Shown one piece after another: positions 38,481-49,600 of a stretch of 64,000 nt of DNA. The stretch is from Candidatus Omnitrophota bacterium. Its GTDB lineage: Bacteria > Omnitrophota > Gorgyraeia > JABMRJ01. Below the pieces are notes generated by a model that worked only from the letters and a program-made list of their open reading frames with translations, was not told where the DNA came from and ran no database searches. Position numbers and translations under genes: made by a program. Location: the NCBI GenBank assembly GCA_016783555.1, contig JADHWH010000001.1, positions 16,913 through 80,912 of the forward strand. Direction: 5' to 3'. Positions within the stretch are counted from its first letter, which is position 1. Every line of letters begins with the position of its first letter.

Positions 38481-39932
38481 TTAAACATCAATAGGAAACG
38501 ATAATCTTTTTTTTAATCTCTTTTTAATCCTGTATTTTTTTACCATTTTTTTCAACTTACTTGCCATACGAGAAATCCTTACCAGGTTTGTATAAAAGCC
38601 CAGATCCCTCAATAATTTCAAGTCTTCGATCTCCAAGCCTTCAACATAAATCAGCGGGGGCTCGCTCTGATTGGATATCGCATCAAAGTATCCGATCGCC
38701 TCTTCGTTAAACGGCTTGAGAATAGGAATCCTGCCCGCCTTTAAGGCATCGTTAAAGAGATTCGATCCCGGATAAAAGTTCGGAAGCCCAAACGCAGAAA
38801 TATCAGCCTTTAACTCCATGGAAAGCTTGATAGTCTCTAATATGTTTCCGAGAGAATCCCCTTTAATCCCAAGAATGTACATCGCCCTGGTCTCTATGCC
38901 TAATGCCTTACATGCCTTAATATCCTCCTTTAGGATATCTACCTGCGGAGGTTTTCCATGCATCTTATTTTTTATACCCATTAAGTTTGCAGACTCGACG
39001 CCAAAGGCGATTCGGGTGCAGCCAGCCTGAGACATAAGCTCTAAATCATCCGGCCGGAGCCTATGTAGGTCTGTTTCGCAATGCCACTCAAATTTGATAG
39101 GCTGCTTTAAAAGCGCCTTACAAAATTCATGTGTCCGCTGGTGTAAAAAGGCGAAATTAGGGTCTCGGAATAAGATCCTTTTAGCGCCAAAATTACTGAC
39201 GACCGTTTTAACCTCATCGACAGCCCTGGTTATTGATTTTACTCTAAATTTTGAACCTTGACTCAAATAGTATGGGCAAAACTTACATGAGACCGGACAC
39301 CCCTTGCTCGTCTGTAGAAAAAACCTTTCTAATTTAGGGTAATCGATTAAGGAATAATCGAGAGGGGGTATCTTTTCGAGATCACTCATAAGCCTTGTTG
39401 GATTGGATATTATATAATCCCCTCCGATCTTTCGGTAAACGCCGGGGGCGTCACAATGACTCTTTTTTTCATATACATCTCCGATCACTGTCTCTATTTC
39501 ACTGACTATTATTAAATCAAATGTCTTACGGTATTTGACATAATCAACAACATAGTCGCTATAAAAACACGGGCCAAATACAGCGTAAATAGTATCAGGC
39601 CATCTTCTTTTCAATTGCTCAACAATCCTTATATCATTATTTAAGGTAGGGAGAGAGGTCCGAATAAGAGCCATTTCAGGCTTCTCATACGTTTTTAGAT
39701 GATTAAAAAAATCATCAAAATCTTTAGTCTTATAAAATTGAGCATCATAAACCTGAATATCATGACCTTCGCTTTTTAAAATAGTCGCGGCCCCAAGCAT
39801 ATCAAGAATAGGTTCTTTATACTTACTCCTATACCATCTTGAGGTTGAACCGCCTCTACGGGTAAATCCAACACCGGCTCCGGCCTCTTTGTAGGGTAAC
39901 CCTTTACCCCAGAAAGGTAGACTCAAAAACAT
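38481..39932 (-). CDS. B12-binding radical SAM protein
   Basis: SKGCPVSCKFC, FRDPNF, FGVES. Confidence 0.85.
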   Translation of the reverse strand: MFLSLPFWGKGLPYKEAGAGVGFTRRGGSTSRWYRSKYKEPILDMLGAATILKSEGHDIQVYDAQFYKTKDFDDFFNHLKTYEKPEMALIRTSLPTLNNDIRIVEQLKRRWPDTIYAVFGPCFYSDYVVDYVKYRKTFDLIIVSEIETVIGDVYEKKSHCDAPGVYRKIGGDYIISNPTRLMSDLEKIPPLDYSLIDYPKLERFFLQTSKGCPVSCKFCPYYLSQGSKFRVKSITRAVDEVKTVVSNFGAKRILFRDPNFAFLHQRTHEFCKALLKQPIKFEWHCETDLHRLRPDDLELMSQAGCTRIAFGVESANLMGIKNKMHGKPPQVDILKEDIKACKALGIETRAMYILGIKGDSLGNILETIKLSMELKADISAFGLPNFYPGSNLFNDALKAGRIPILKPFNEEAIGYFDAISNQSEPPLIYVEGLEIEDLKLLRDLGFYTNLVRISRMASKLKKMVKKYRIKKRLKKRLSFPIDV

Positions 39933-39952
39933 TATAGCCTCCGCAGGACAAT

Positions 39953-40043
39953 ATCTTATATCACAATTCTTTTATTGTCAACTAGACAGGCACGTAAGGA
40001 TAATTTGCTTGCCCCCCTGAAGATTATGTTGTATTATTTAGAC
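39953..40043. promoter_or_regulatory. Divergent sigma70 promoters between the two radical SAM genes
   Basis: Minus: TTGACA (39981-39976), 17 nt, TAAGAT; plus: TTGCCC (40009-40014), 17 nt, TATTAT (40032-40037). Confidence 0.5.
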
Positions 40044-41696
40044 ATGGAAGACAAAAAAAAGAGATGCCTACTAACCTGGCCCCCATTTATTACTGCCCAT
40101 AATCTGCCGTTAGGGATACCGTCTCTTGTTAGCTATCTAAAGAATAATGGGATTGATAATACAGAAGTCATTGATTTAAATACGGCTTATTTAAGAAAAA
40201 TAAGGTTTTTCTGGTTCTTATATTTATTAAACAAACGATATCATAACCTTGTGGGGAAGATAAAAAATAAAAATACTAAAGATATAAAAAGGGGGTCTCC
40301 TGGCACGATAAAAAAAGATAACCCATTCTGGAAAAAGAAAATTTTATATTTTTATAGTTATTTAAATAGAAAGATAAACGCACTGCTCAATTATAGAAAA
40401 GTGGGGAATAGAAAAAAAAGATCTATACCGTGGTCGTTGGAATCGATTGTAAAGTTTGATTTTGGAGATAGATATATAAATGAGAGCAAAAAGATATATC
40501 AAATTCTAAATCCCCTCATTAAGAAAGACGCGTTTTCTCTAATAGGCATATCCTGTATTTACCCCCAACAGCTATTCTATGCCTTTATAATTGCGAAAGT
40601 GATAAAGATGAGGATTGACAAAGATGTGCAGATAGTCCTCGGAGGCACGCAAATAACAAAGCATATAGATCACATCATAAATAGCGAAGGGCCTTACGAT
40701 TTTGTCGATTTCTTTATCACCGACGACGGTGAAGAGCCGCTCATCAAGCTATTAAAAGAATTCCCGGAAAAAGATCTTTCAGATATCCCTAATCTATATT
40801 TTAAACCCCGAGGCGAGGCAGAGAGTTATAAAAAATCGAAAGTGACCTTTCGCCTTGCCCCAAAAGACTTCCTAACGCCTGATTTTAGAGGTTTTGATTT
40901 AGATATCCACAGAAATCAGATACCGCTGCTGGCCTCAAAAGGGTGTTTCTGGGCCAAGTGCAATTTCTGCACCTACGCAGGCATGCAAGATTGCACGTAT
41001 TCAATAAGTTCAGCGGAAAAGACGCTTGGAATTATAAAGGAGTTAAAAAAGGTATATGGCGTTTCAAACTATCGTTTTGTCGACGACGCATTACCACCAA
41101 GATTTATGGAGCGATTGGCCCACGCTCTTTCAAAAGATAGACTCAATATAAAATGGGCGAGCAGTATAATATTAAGCAAAGAATTTGCCGATCAGGATTT
41201 TTGCAAGACCCTAAAGAGCTCTGGCCTATCCCAGGTTTCTATAGGGCTCGAATCCATCTCACCTCGTATCTTAATTCTGATGAATAAGTGCCATAAGAAT
41301 TTGAGTGAATCTGAAATTAAAGTGATCCTGGCCAATCTTAAGGGTGCGGGTATAGATGTCGGTCTTCACATCATCTTTGGCTTTCCTACCGAAACAGTTG
41401 ATGAGGCCCGTAAGACGGTTAATTTTTTAATTGAAAATAAGGCCTTATATGACACATGCATGTTTCAGCCTTTCTGCCTGGAGGATGATACCCCCGTATT
41501 TAATAATCCAGAAAAATTTGCGATTACAAAGATTCATATGGGAGATAAAGATTCCGGAGAGAGATTAGGATACCGCTATGAAGTTGCTAGAGGCATGAAT
41601 CAGGAAGAAGCAAAAAAATTCACCTATGGAGAAGCAGCTTATGCCTTTAAAAAAGCGCGGGTGAGCGCAATAAGCTCAGAGGCAAACTTATATTAA
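40044..41696 (+). CDS. B12-binding radical SAM protein
   Basis: PLGIPSL, VLGG, DGEEPL, SKGCFWAKCNFC, FVDD, GLES, IFGFPTE; start set at ATG 40044. Confidence 0.85.
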   Translation: MEDKKKRCLLTWPPFITAHNLPLGIPSLVSYLKNNGIDNTEVIDLNTAYLRKIRFFWFLYLLNKRYHNLVGKIKNKNTKDIKRGSPGTIKKDNPFWKKKILYFYSYLNRKINALLNYRKVGNRKKRSIPWSLESIVKFDFGDRYINESKKIYQILNPLIKKDAFSLIGISCIYPQQLFYAFIIAKVIKMRIDKDVQIVLGGTQITKHIDHIINSEGPYDFVDFFITDDGEEPLIKLLKEFPEKDLSDIPNLYFKPRGEAESYKKSKVTFRLAPKDFLTPDFRGFDLDIHRNQIPLLASKGCFWAKCNFCTYAGMQDCTYSISSAEKTLGIIKELKKVYGVSNYRFVDDALPPRFMERLAHALSKDRLNIKWASSIILSKEFADQDFCKTLKSSGLSQVSIGLESISPRILILMNKCHKNLSESEIKVILANLKGAGIDVGLHIIFGFPTETVDEARKTVNFLIENKALYDTCMFQPFCLEDDTPVFNNPEKFAITKIHMGDKDSGERLGYRYEVARGMNQEEAKKFTYGEAAYAFKKARVSAISSEANLY

Positions 41697-41906
41697 CCGA
41701 ACGGGAGACTCTTTCTACATGTGGAATAAGGGGTCGAATAAGGGGTCAGGTCTCCACTCTACACTTTTTATCTTAGAAAGCGAATATTTGACAAAATATT
41801 TGTCAAGTGTCGACTTTTGGCCTTTTGACCTTTCTTGACTTACAGTGGGAACCTTCGAGTCGTCTTCGCCGATAATGAACTCTCTGCCCATATTATTTTC
41901 CAATCT

Positions 41907-43916
41907 TTAAATAACAGCTTTATTGAAGAATCTATCTATCTCATCAGCATTAACAGTATGCCTACACTTGGGTATAGAATTCATAAATGACCTTCCGTAG
42001 TATCTTGTTCTAATACGTGGATCAAGAATTGCTACTACACCTCTATCTTTTTTAGTCCTTATTAACCTGCCGAATCCTTGTTTAAACATCATTATGGCCT
42101 GCGGTACTTGATATTCTATAAAGGGATTTTTGCCCTTTTGTTGTATAAGCTCCATTCTGGCCTCTGTTATTGGGTCATCCGGAACAGAAAAAGGCAGCTT
42201 CGTTATAATTACGCATTCTAAAGGCTTACCCGGCACATCTATCCCTTGCCAGAATGTACTGGTGCCTAATAAAACAGAGTTCTGGTCGTTTTTAAACTCT
42301 TCGAGCAGTATATAACGAGGCTTCTCTCCTTGCCGTAATAAGTTTATCTCTTGGTAAGCCGCGGATAGCTCTTGATATACAGCATTTAACATATGATAGC
42401 TTGTAAAGAGGATGAATATTCTCCCTTTCATGATATCTATTATTCTTTTTATCTCCTCCAGTGATTTTTGCCTAAATAGTTCGAATTCATCATTTGGGTC
42501 CTTTATTGCCCTGGGAAAATAAAGCAGGACGTTTTCCTTGTAGTTGAAAGAAGATCCCGCACGTAATTGGCGCGCGCCTTTTATTCCGAGGCGCCCTTTT
42601 ATAAAGTCGAAGCTATTATTTATAGAAAGGGTTGCCGAAGTAAGTATAATAGGCTTTACCTTGCTAAATAACTGCTTATCCAACTCTTCGGCAATCTCTA
42701 TGGGGGATGCGAAAAGAGAGTATTTTACACCCCTTTTTCTTGCGGATACCTCTATCCAATAGACATAATCGTTTCTCTCTTGCTTTAAGATAAAATCAAG
42801 CGAGCTAGACAGAGAGTTACAATTTTTAAGGAAGCTTTTTATTAAGGTTTCGTCTTCTTTATTATCTACATAATCCAATAGCTCGGCCAAAGAGCTTCTA
42901 AGCCTCTTTAATGGTTCTTCTAAGTAATTAAAGGTAATGTTTTTTGTCCTTATCCTTTTTGATGCGCTCTCCTGGCCGAAGATGTCACCGATTTCATGAA
43001 AGAATCTATCAGAAGTATACCGTGCCTCAACTAAATTCTTCTCTATCTCTTTACCTGCCTTAGCGCTTAAAATTTTAAATTTAATCAGCAACCCCTTTTT
43101 TGTATTCGGATTATATATAGAATCGAAAAAGTATTTGATTTTAGTATTGCTCGCTTCAAGGCCGAGATAGCTAGTGGCCGCATCTTCAAGTGTTTGGGCC
43201 TCGTCAAAAACTACCGCATCAAAATCCGGAAGGACCTGCCCGCCTGAGGCAAGGTTTGTAAAGAATAAGGCGTGATTCGTTACTAATATATGTGACTTCT
43301 TCTCTTTTTTCTTTGCTTCCCTATAAAAACAGTCATCTCTATAGAGACATTTCTTGCCTAAACATAAATCAGGCTCCCTACATACATTACTCCATACTTC
43401 ATTCTTGGGAATAAAGTTTAAGTCTGACTTAATGCCTGTATCGGTTTCCTTCGACCATTCTGCTATTCTTCTTAACTCCTCAAGGTGCATATCCTTATCA
43501 AAAAGCTCATATGTATATTCATTATTAAGTCTTCTTTTACACAAGTAGTTTTCAGAACCAAGGCACAACGCATAATTAAAGTCTACCTTTAAGGATTCCC
43601 TTAAAAAAGGTATATCTTTTAAATAAAGCTGATGTTGAAGAGTTTTTGTATTGGTCGAAACGATTACTTTTTTATCATTTTCGGTTGTGTATATTATAAA
43701 GGGTATTAGATAGGCCAGGCTCTTTCCTACCCCGGTGCCTGCCTCTATTATAAGATGCTTATTATCTTCGATCGCCCCCCCTATCGTTTTTGCCATCTGA
43801 AGTTGTTCAGACCTCAATTCATAACTTTGCAGCCTCCGGGAAATAATACCAGCCTCTCCTAATATCTCAACAGTTTTATCCTGAATAGCTAAAACGGTCT
43901 TATCTTGAATTTCCAT
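41907..43916 (-). CDS. dinG: DinG/YoaA family Fe-S ATP-dependent DNA helicase
   Basis: EAGTGVGKSLAY, NYLC...C..C...C, FDEAQ, TSAT, FWQGID, QGFGRLIR. Confidence 0.9.
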   Translation of the reverse strand: MEIQDKTVLAIQDKTVEILGEAGIISRRLQSYELRSEQLQMAKTIGGAIEDNKHLIIEAGTGVGKSLAYLIPFIIYTTENDKKVIVSTNTKTLQHQLYLKDIPFLRESLKVDFNYALCLGSENYLCKRRLNNEYTYELFDKDMHLEELRRIAEWSKETDTGIKSDLNFIPKNEVWSNVCREPDLCLGKKCLYRDDCFYREAKKKEKKSHILVTNHALFFTNLASGGQVLPDFDAVVFDEAQTLEDAATSYLGLEASNTKIKYFFDSIYNPNTKKGLLIKFKILSAKAGKEIEKNLVEARYTSDRFFHEIGDIFGQESASKRIRTKNITFNYLEEPLKRLRSSLAELLDYVDNKEDETLIKSFLKNCNSLSSSLDFILKQERNDYVYWIEVSARKRGVKYSLFASPIEIAEELDKQLFSKVKPIILTSATLSINNSFDFIKGRLGIKGARQLRAGSSFNYKENVLLYFPRAIKDPNDEFELFRQKSLEEIKRIIDIMKGRIFILFTSYHMLNAVYQELSAAYQEINLLRQGEKPRYILLEEFKNDQNSVLLGTSTFWQGIDVPGKPLECVIITKLPFSVPDDPITEARMELIQQKGKNPFIEYQVPQAIMMFKQGFGRLIRTKKDRGVVAILDPRIRTRYYGRSFMNSIPKCRHTVNADEIDRFFNKAVI

Positions 43917-43942
43917 TCACGTCTTCCCGTGCATTTTTTCTA

Positions 43943-44989
43943 TCAGTCATTTTGAGTTTTTTTAAAATGCTCAAACATATGCTTACGGGCGCTGTCAATC
44001 ACACGAAGCTTTGTTGCCATGCTTACTTTTATGCCTAGCCGTTCGCTAAACGGTTTGAGATAAAGAATGAACTCATCCTTTCTTACCGCTATCTTTTCAG
44101 GAATGGTCTTATGTTCCTCAAATATCTTAAACAATTCTTCAAAAAACTCCGTCCTGAAATTGTCATGGTTAGAGACATGCGCATTAAGAATAAAATACGA
44201 GTACCTGTCCGCGAATAGGAGGGCTACCGGAAAATAGGGCCTTTTACTCTTCTCTGCGATATACATGGGAGCGTAAAAATAGTCTATCTCCCATGTCTCT
44301 TTCTGTCTTGTGCATTCCTTTCTGATATTTTCTAGTCTCTCTTCATCTATGGATTTAACCATTAATACCATCTTACGTAATAGCGGGGCAGGTTTAAGCC
44401 ATGCGTCTTTCCATTCCATATTAACGTCTTGTATCCTTACGTAACGGGTTTCTCCACCTGGCGAAGAAAAGAGATTGGGGTTTTCTTTAAAGCGCCTCAC
44501 TACATCATTAGCCTGTCTTAAGCACACAGTTAAGAATTCCGCCTCATTTGCGGTTAGATACCATGGAAAATACCCCGGCCGGTAGTTCCTGAAAAGCGGC
44601 CAGGCTTTTCTGCCGCTGAACTCTAATCCTAAGTTTTTTATAACATTGAGATCTGGCTTCTTGAGGTATTTTTTATCTTCAAATGTAAGAAGCAAACAAT
44701 TTTTACGATGCAGGGCATCGTCATCTATTGCATCTTCGTCTTCTTGGGAATCTTTAAGATACTCTTCGAGCCCTTCTGTCCCTAAATAGACAGTGAGGCC
44801 GAAAACTTCCCCTGCCTTGCCTAAGACACAGCAATAGCCGATCTCGTTATCCTGCGGGTTACGCACCCCAAATAAATCCGAATCCCGCATCCAACCCCAC
44901 GGCGCCAAGTCTTTAAATTCTACTGCCGCCTCGTACAACGCCTTCCATACCTCAGGCGTGGGAGATTCTTCAATATCTTTTCCTATCAT
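43943..44989 (-). CDS. Conserved hypothetical protein
   Basis: 348-aa ORF with LAPW.WM, WPLFRNYRPGY.PW, WEID, RPYFP motifs; function unknown. Confidence 0.7.
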   Translation of the reverse strand: MIGKDIEESPTPEVWKALYEAAVEFKDLAPWGWMRDSDLFGVRNPQDNEIGYCCVLGKAGEVFGLTVYLGTEGLEEYLKDSQEDEDAIDDDALHRKNCLLLTFEDKKYLKKPDLNVIKNLGLEFSGRKAWPLFRNYRPGYFPWYLTANEAEFLTVCLRQANDVVRRFKENPNLFSSPGGETRYVRIQDVNMEWKDAWLKPAPLLRKMVLMVKSIDEERLENIRKECTRQKETWEIDYFYAPMYIAEKSKRPYFPVALLFADRYSYFILNAHVSNHDNFRTEFFEELFKIFEEHKTIPEKIAVRKDEFILYLKPFSERLGIKVSMATKLRVIDSARKHMFEHFKKTQND

Positions 44990-45101
44990 GATTGCACCCT
45001 ACTCTCTCCTTTTTTCTTTCAATAGCTTTTTTATCTTTCTCTCTAATGCTTTCACTATCTGTTCTGCATAGTGTTTCATAGAGCGGATTAGGAGTTGTAG
45101 C

Positions 45102-45410
45102 TCAGGTTATGCCTTCAAAGTACACTTTAGCCGAAGAAAAAGGGCAATCCTTTGCCTCTTTTATTATATTAACCCATACGGGATTTTGCAATATATAATT
45201 TAATCTTGTAAAAAACTCTTCTTCCGTTCTTAATATAGTATCAAAAAAGCGCCTCTGCCAGATAATACTATCTTTTCTTGTTAGATTATTATATACCCTG
45301 CCGAATGAGCTTTTTATGTGCCTTGTTATCTCTGATATCTTATATTTAACCGACTTAGGCTGTATTATCAAGTGTAAATGCGAGAGGCATAATAAAGCAA
45401 CGGAAGAGAC
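45102..45410 (-). pseudogene. Degenerate Y1/RAYT (IS200-like) transposase fragment
   Basis: HLH (HUH) just upstream of the ORF with an apparent frameshift after MP; IWQRRFFDTILR...YILQNPV...PFSSA; N-terminus missing. Confidence 0.65.
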
Positions 45411-45449
45411 TCTATTTTAGGACAACTTTATAATAACCGAGTACGTACA

Positions 45450-45668
45450 TTAAAAAAGCTGCTGCTTTGATGTTTTTTTAGGCGGGATAAGAGAAATGAA
45501 CAACTTGTCTTTATCTATGTTTTGTTTCTCGAGCTTCTCTGAAAGCTCTTGACGTGTCTTGGCATGTGCAAAGATTTTTTCCTTTGACCATGCGATATAT
45601 TCTCCCCCGTATTTATCTCGAAACTTTAAAAGAGTACTGAATCTTTCATGATCAAAATAGACGCCCAT
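45450..45668 (-). CDS. Small DUF5678-like protein
   Basis: KYGGEYIAW....IFAHAK...L pattern; follows higA. Confidence 0.5.
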   Translation of the reverse strand: MGVYFDHERFSTLLKFRDKYGGEYIAWSKEKIFAHAKTRQELSEKLEKQNIDKDKLFISLIPPKKTSKQQLF

Positions 45669-45670
45669 AC

Positions 45671-46003
45671 CTACTCCTGAGGGACTAAATCCACCATAAG
45701 CCTCGCTCTTAGCGCTTTAGCCAACCTTGTCAAGGTATGTATAGTTATTTGCGCATTTGCTGAATCTTCAAGCCTTGATATGTTCTGCTGAGTTGTCCCA
45801 ATCTTTCTCGCAAGCTCACCCTGGCTTAAGTGCCTTAGTTTTCTAAGCTGAATAATCTTATATGCGATCTTAAGCTTTAAGACTTCTTCGTCATAGGCCT
45901 TCCTGAATTCAGGGCTTCTTTTGTACTCTTCTTCTACATGCTGGCTGATGGATTCAGGAACTATTGTTTTTCTCTTTCTCTCTTTTTTTCTCATTTCCAT
46001 CAT
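45671..46003 (-). CDS. higA: HigA-like XRE HTH antitoxin
   Basis: LSQGELARKIGTTQQNISRLE; downstream of a RelE-type toxin. Confidence 0.8.
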   Translation of the reverse strand: MMEMRKKERKRKTIVPESISQHVEEEYKRSPEFRKAYDEEVLKLKIAYKIIQLRKLRHLSQGELARKIGTTQQNISRLEDSANAQITIHTLTRLAKALRARLMVDLVPQE

Positions 46004-46009
46004 CTCCTT

Positions 46010-46387
46010 CTATCTTAAGTTAATACGTCCTTCGTTAAACCTTATCTGGAAATCAATCATTCTTTTACGCGCCATTAGTTTATCGTTCTCAGGAATTTTA
46101 TCTCTCTTTTTCTGTAAACCATGCAATAAGACGATATAGTTTTTAAACATGTATGCGTAAATAACTCTTACATTATTCCACGCAAATGCAACCCTAAGTT
46201 CATACAGGTCCTTGTCAATTTTATCTACCAAGGGGCGTCTTGCTTCATGCCAATGCGTTTCTAAGAATTCAACCCTGGCTAAAATCTTCGCTTTTGTCTT
46301 TTCGTCGAATTTAGTTATGAATTCTTTTACAGGCTTCTTGCCTCTAATATCTTCATAGTATATTGCTTTCTTATGTGTCATATCCAT
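46010..46387 (-). CDS. higB: RelE/HigB (Gp49-like) toxin
   Basis: PVKEFI, LYELRV, RVIY, VLLHG..KK..KIP; toxin-first order. Confidence 0.82.
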   Translation of the reverse strand: MDMTHKKAIYYEDIRGKKPVKEFITKFDEKTKAKILARVEFLETHWHEARRPLVDKIDKDLYELRVAFAWNNVRVIYAYMFKNYIVLLHGLQKKRDKIPENDKLMARKRMIDFQIRFNEGRINLR

Positions 46388-46392
46388 AATAA

Positions 46393-46447
46393 AGTATACA
46401 CTATTTTTTGTGTATTGTCAACCACTTATTACACTATCTTTAGTGTA
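46393..46447 (-). promoter_or_regulatory. higBA promoter with two palindromic operators
   Basis: TTGACA (46421-46416), 17 nt, TATACT (46398-46393); TACACTA-N4-T(A/T)GTGTA at 46397-46414 and 46430-46447. Confidence 0.75.
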
Positions 46448-46659
46448 TATATTGACCCCTCCTATTGAATTTTCCATAACACTGTACCGTATATGGGATT
46501 ATAACTTGCCTCTTGCCCCCTATTCTAAAATTAATTTTAGAGATTCTCTCAATCCTTCATCGCGTTCTACAACTATTATCTTATTCTTAATTCTATTTAA
46601 GTATTATAAGGCCTTCTGTTTCTAATATCTTTTTAATGGTTTTTAACAAATTCATTTTA

Positions 46660-49600
46660 TCATAACTTCCTATAATGCAATTGCTCTTGAGAGACATTAT
46701 CAGCAGAGTCTGCGGCTTCCGCCTTAAAATCGATTGAAGGTGCCTTTATCACAAGATAATGCTTCTTCTTTTTAATCGACCAGCGCTTGCCGCATTTCGG
46801 CCTGCGCCTTAAGCGTAGGGTCTGGTCATTATCAACTAAAAGTAGCCCTTTTTTCAACTGATTCAGTATATCCTCAGCATCAGGGCCCTTTATGGTGAGG
46901 GACCTTTTTCGCTGGTTGATGGTTATGTTCGGAAATTTTCCCTTCTTGAGTTTTATTCTGTAGCCGGTAATATCGGGGGTAACCAGGCTCACCTTTAGTT
47001 TTTTGACTCCCGAGAGGTCATCTTCCGCATTGCAGGTAAGCCGAAAAAGATGATGGTGACAGCACCGGCGATGTTTTCTCTCTATGGCATCCAGGCTTAG
47101 GGATATCGCCGGCGGGGTCTTATCGATCTTAACCTCCAATGATTTAGGGGTCTCGGCATTGGCGGCGTTATCGACAGCCAAATATGTAAAGGTGGTGGCG
47201 CCTTCGGCACTCAAGATTACCTGTGCGGTCTGGCCAAAGACGAGCTCCTCGGCCATCGAGGCGCCGCTCAATTTATAATACAATTCCATTACGCCTGAGC
47301 CGCCTGCGTCATCGACTGCCGAGAGATTGACGTTCACATCGGTGTTGTTCCATCCCGCTCCATTGGCAGGAGGAGTTGTCCACGCCATAGTAACCGGCGC
47401 AATAGTATCTGTCGGGGCAAAGCTGATGATATTTACCGTGGCATTGGTGCGGGTGGCCTCGCCTGCGGAGGGGAAATGGACCGTGGCGTAATTTATCACT
47501 TCGGAGTAATCCTCAATATCCCCCTTCACGTTTACCCCAAAGGTCACAGAGCCGGTCTGGCCAGGCCCTACCTCCCCGATAAACCAGCTGATGGCCCGGG
47601 TCTGCGGGTCATAAATGCCGTCGTTATTGATGAACAAGGTTAAGTCATCCAGGTCCGCCTCTAAGGTATCTGTGATATAGACGCCGTAGGCGGTACCTTC
47701 GCCTTCGTTTTCGTAATCTATGGTGTAGTTGAGGCGGTATCCGGGATCTACCTTACCTTCGGGCAATACGAACTTTTCATTAGGGTCGCGGGCGGTAACA
47801 ATCTCGCTGGTGCCTATCCCGGCGAAGCTGCCTAAAAGAGCGCCGGGGCCCTGTGGCACGGTCCCCGTGAATATATCTTCGAGCAGCATCCAGTTCTGCC
47901 AGCCCCCATGGGTAATCTTATATTCGCTTCTATTCCTTATCTCCACTTCTATCCCCTCTATATCAGCGAAATCCTCTTCTTTAAATAATGCCCCTGTCAT
48001 GGGATTCCCCTGAAGGAAGAACGATCTGGGGTATTCTTCGCCGGCTACCTGAAAGACTAAGAGATCAGGGCCATATTCGTTATTGGGGTTAGATGTGGCA
48101 TTTATCGCGAAGTACTCTACCTCTTTTCCCAAGCTTTCCTCAAGCATATGTATCGCATCGCTTACTCCGCTAAGCTTGGCTCCGATTTCATCCAAGAGAG
48201 GCGCCTTAATCTCTTCTTCTTGAATTTCAAGATCCAATTTCCAATCGCCGCCGAACTGTTTCTTGTAAGAGATGGTGCCGCTAAATCCGTCTAAGAGATC
48301 GTCGTATTTAGACTGGTAGAGGACTACCTTCTTAACCCCTTTCTCTTTATAAATAGGAAGGAGGGTCCGAAAATCAAATAAAATCGGAGAGACTTTATAG
48401 AGGGTAAACTCCTCGCCCTCGGTGGTCCCAAGCATATCCTTTCCTCTCTTAAGCCTCCCATCCGTTACCGGATTTCCTCCGCTGTAACAGATGATGTAAT
48501 TCAATATCTCGCGTACCTCATCCTGGTCGTTGTATTCGGTAGGGACAGGATTGCCGTTTCCGTCCCCAAATATGGGTGAGGCCAAGGCTGCGTGCATGGC
48601 GTCTGTTAAGCCGATGGGATCGCCTCCAGTATTGAGTATCGGCTTCCAACCAGCGTCATATTTGCTGCCGACCGAGCGCCAGGATTTATAAGTGGCGCTC
48701 TCTTCGAATATAATGCCATAGTCATATATAAGTTTTGTGACATATTCATTGGGCGGGAGCCTGACGCCGTTGCGAACCTCACCCATTGTGTCGGAATGCC
48801 ACTGGAAACTCTCTATATTGGCATAATTATGCAACTTCATATGGCCGGGCAGGCCCCACATAACCTCCACTTGAACGGCGAGGTGATCTACCGTCCCTGC
48901 CGGCAGATCACCGAGGTTCCAGGCAACTTCAGCGGTCTCTTCTATGTACTGCACCCCGGAAGAGCCTGAGACGAAATTCACAAACGGGGATAACTGCATA
49001 ATCACGGCCACGTCAGGGGCGTCGGCGCTGCCGTCGTTTCTATATTCGATGATATAGGTTACCGTCTCTCCGGGGCTTATCCTCTGAGGACCCCAGAGCT
49101 CGAGATTCAAAATAGGGGCGGCAGGTAACTCTGACCAGATCATCTTTATCTCCAGCTGCAACCTTCGGGGCTGGACGGTCTCATCCAAAATACCGTAGAT
49201 AGTGCCCAGGAGGGGTTCGGTAAACATTCCTCTCTGTTCTACCCGGCCCGGCTCGTTGACTACATCATAGCTCCACCCGCTTCCCGCACCATTACGAGAG
49301 GTATAGGAGATTATAGAGAAACCCTCCCCGTAATAAGGATTGGCCTCATTATCAATTCTGATGTGTGTGAGGACGATGTTTAAGGACCCTTCATAATCAC
49401 CGCGGGCATTCCCTTCCAGGGCGCTCTGCAGGAGATACAGCTTTTCGGACGGATATTCGGTAATGTCATAGAGCTCTACGGTGCCGTCTATGACCAGCTT
49501 TATGCAGGCCGGCTCAGCGCCGTTCATATTGAGCGTCCAGGTAAACTGAAAATGGTCATAAATGCCGTTTCCCGGGACAGACTCTCCGGCGTAACCATCC

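Noticed and set aside
41715-41903. 62-aa ORF downstream of dinG
   Set aside because: No recognisable motif; could be real but unsupported
41907-43916. DinG as a type IV CRISPR or defence component
   Set aside because: No csf/cas genes or array nearby; looks like housekeeping YoaA/DinG
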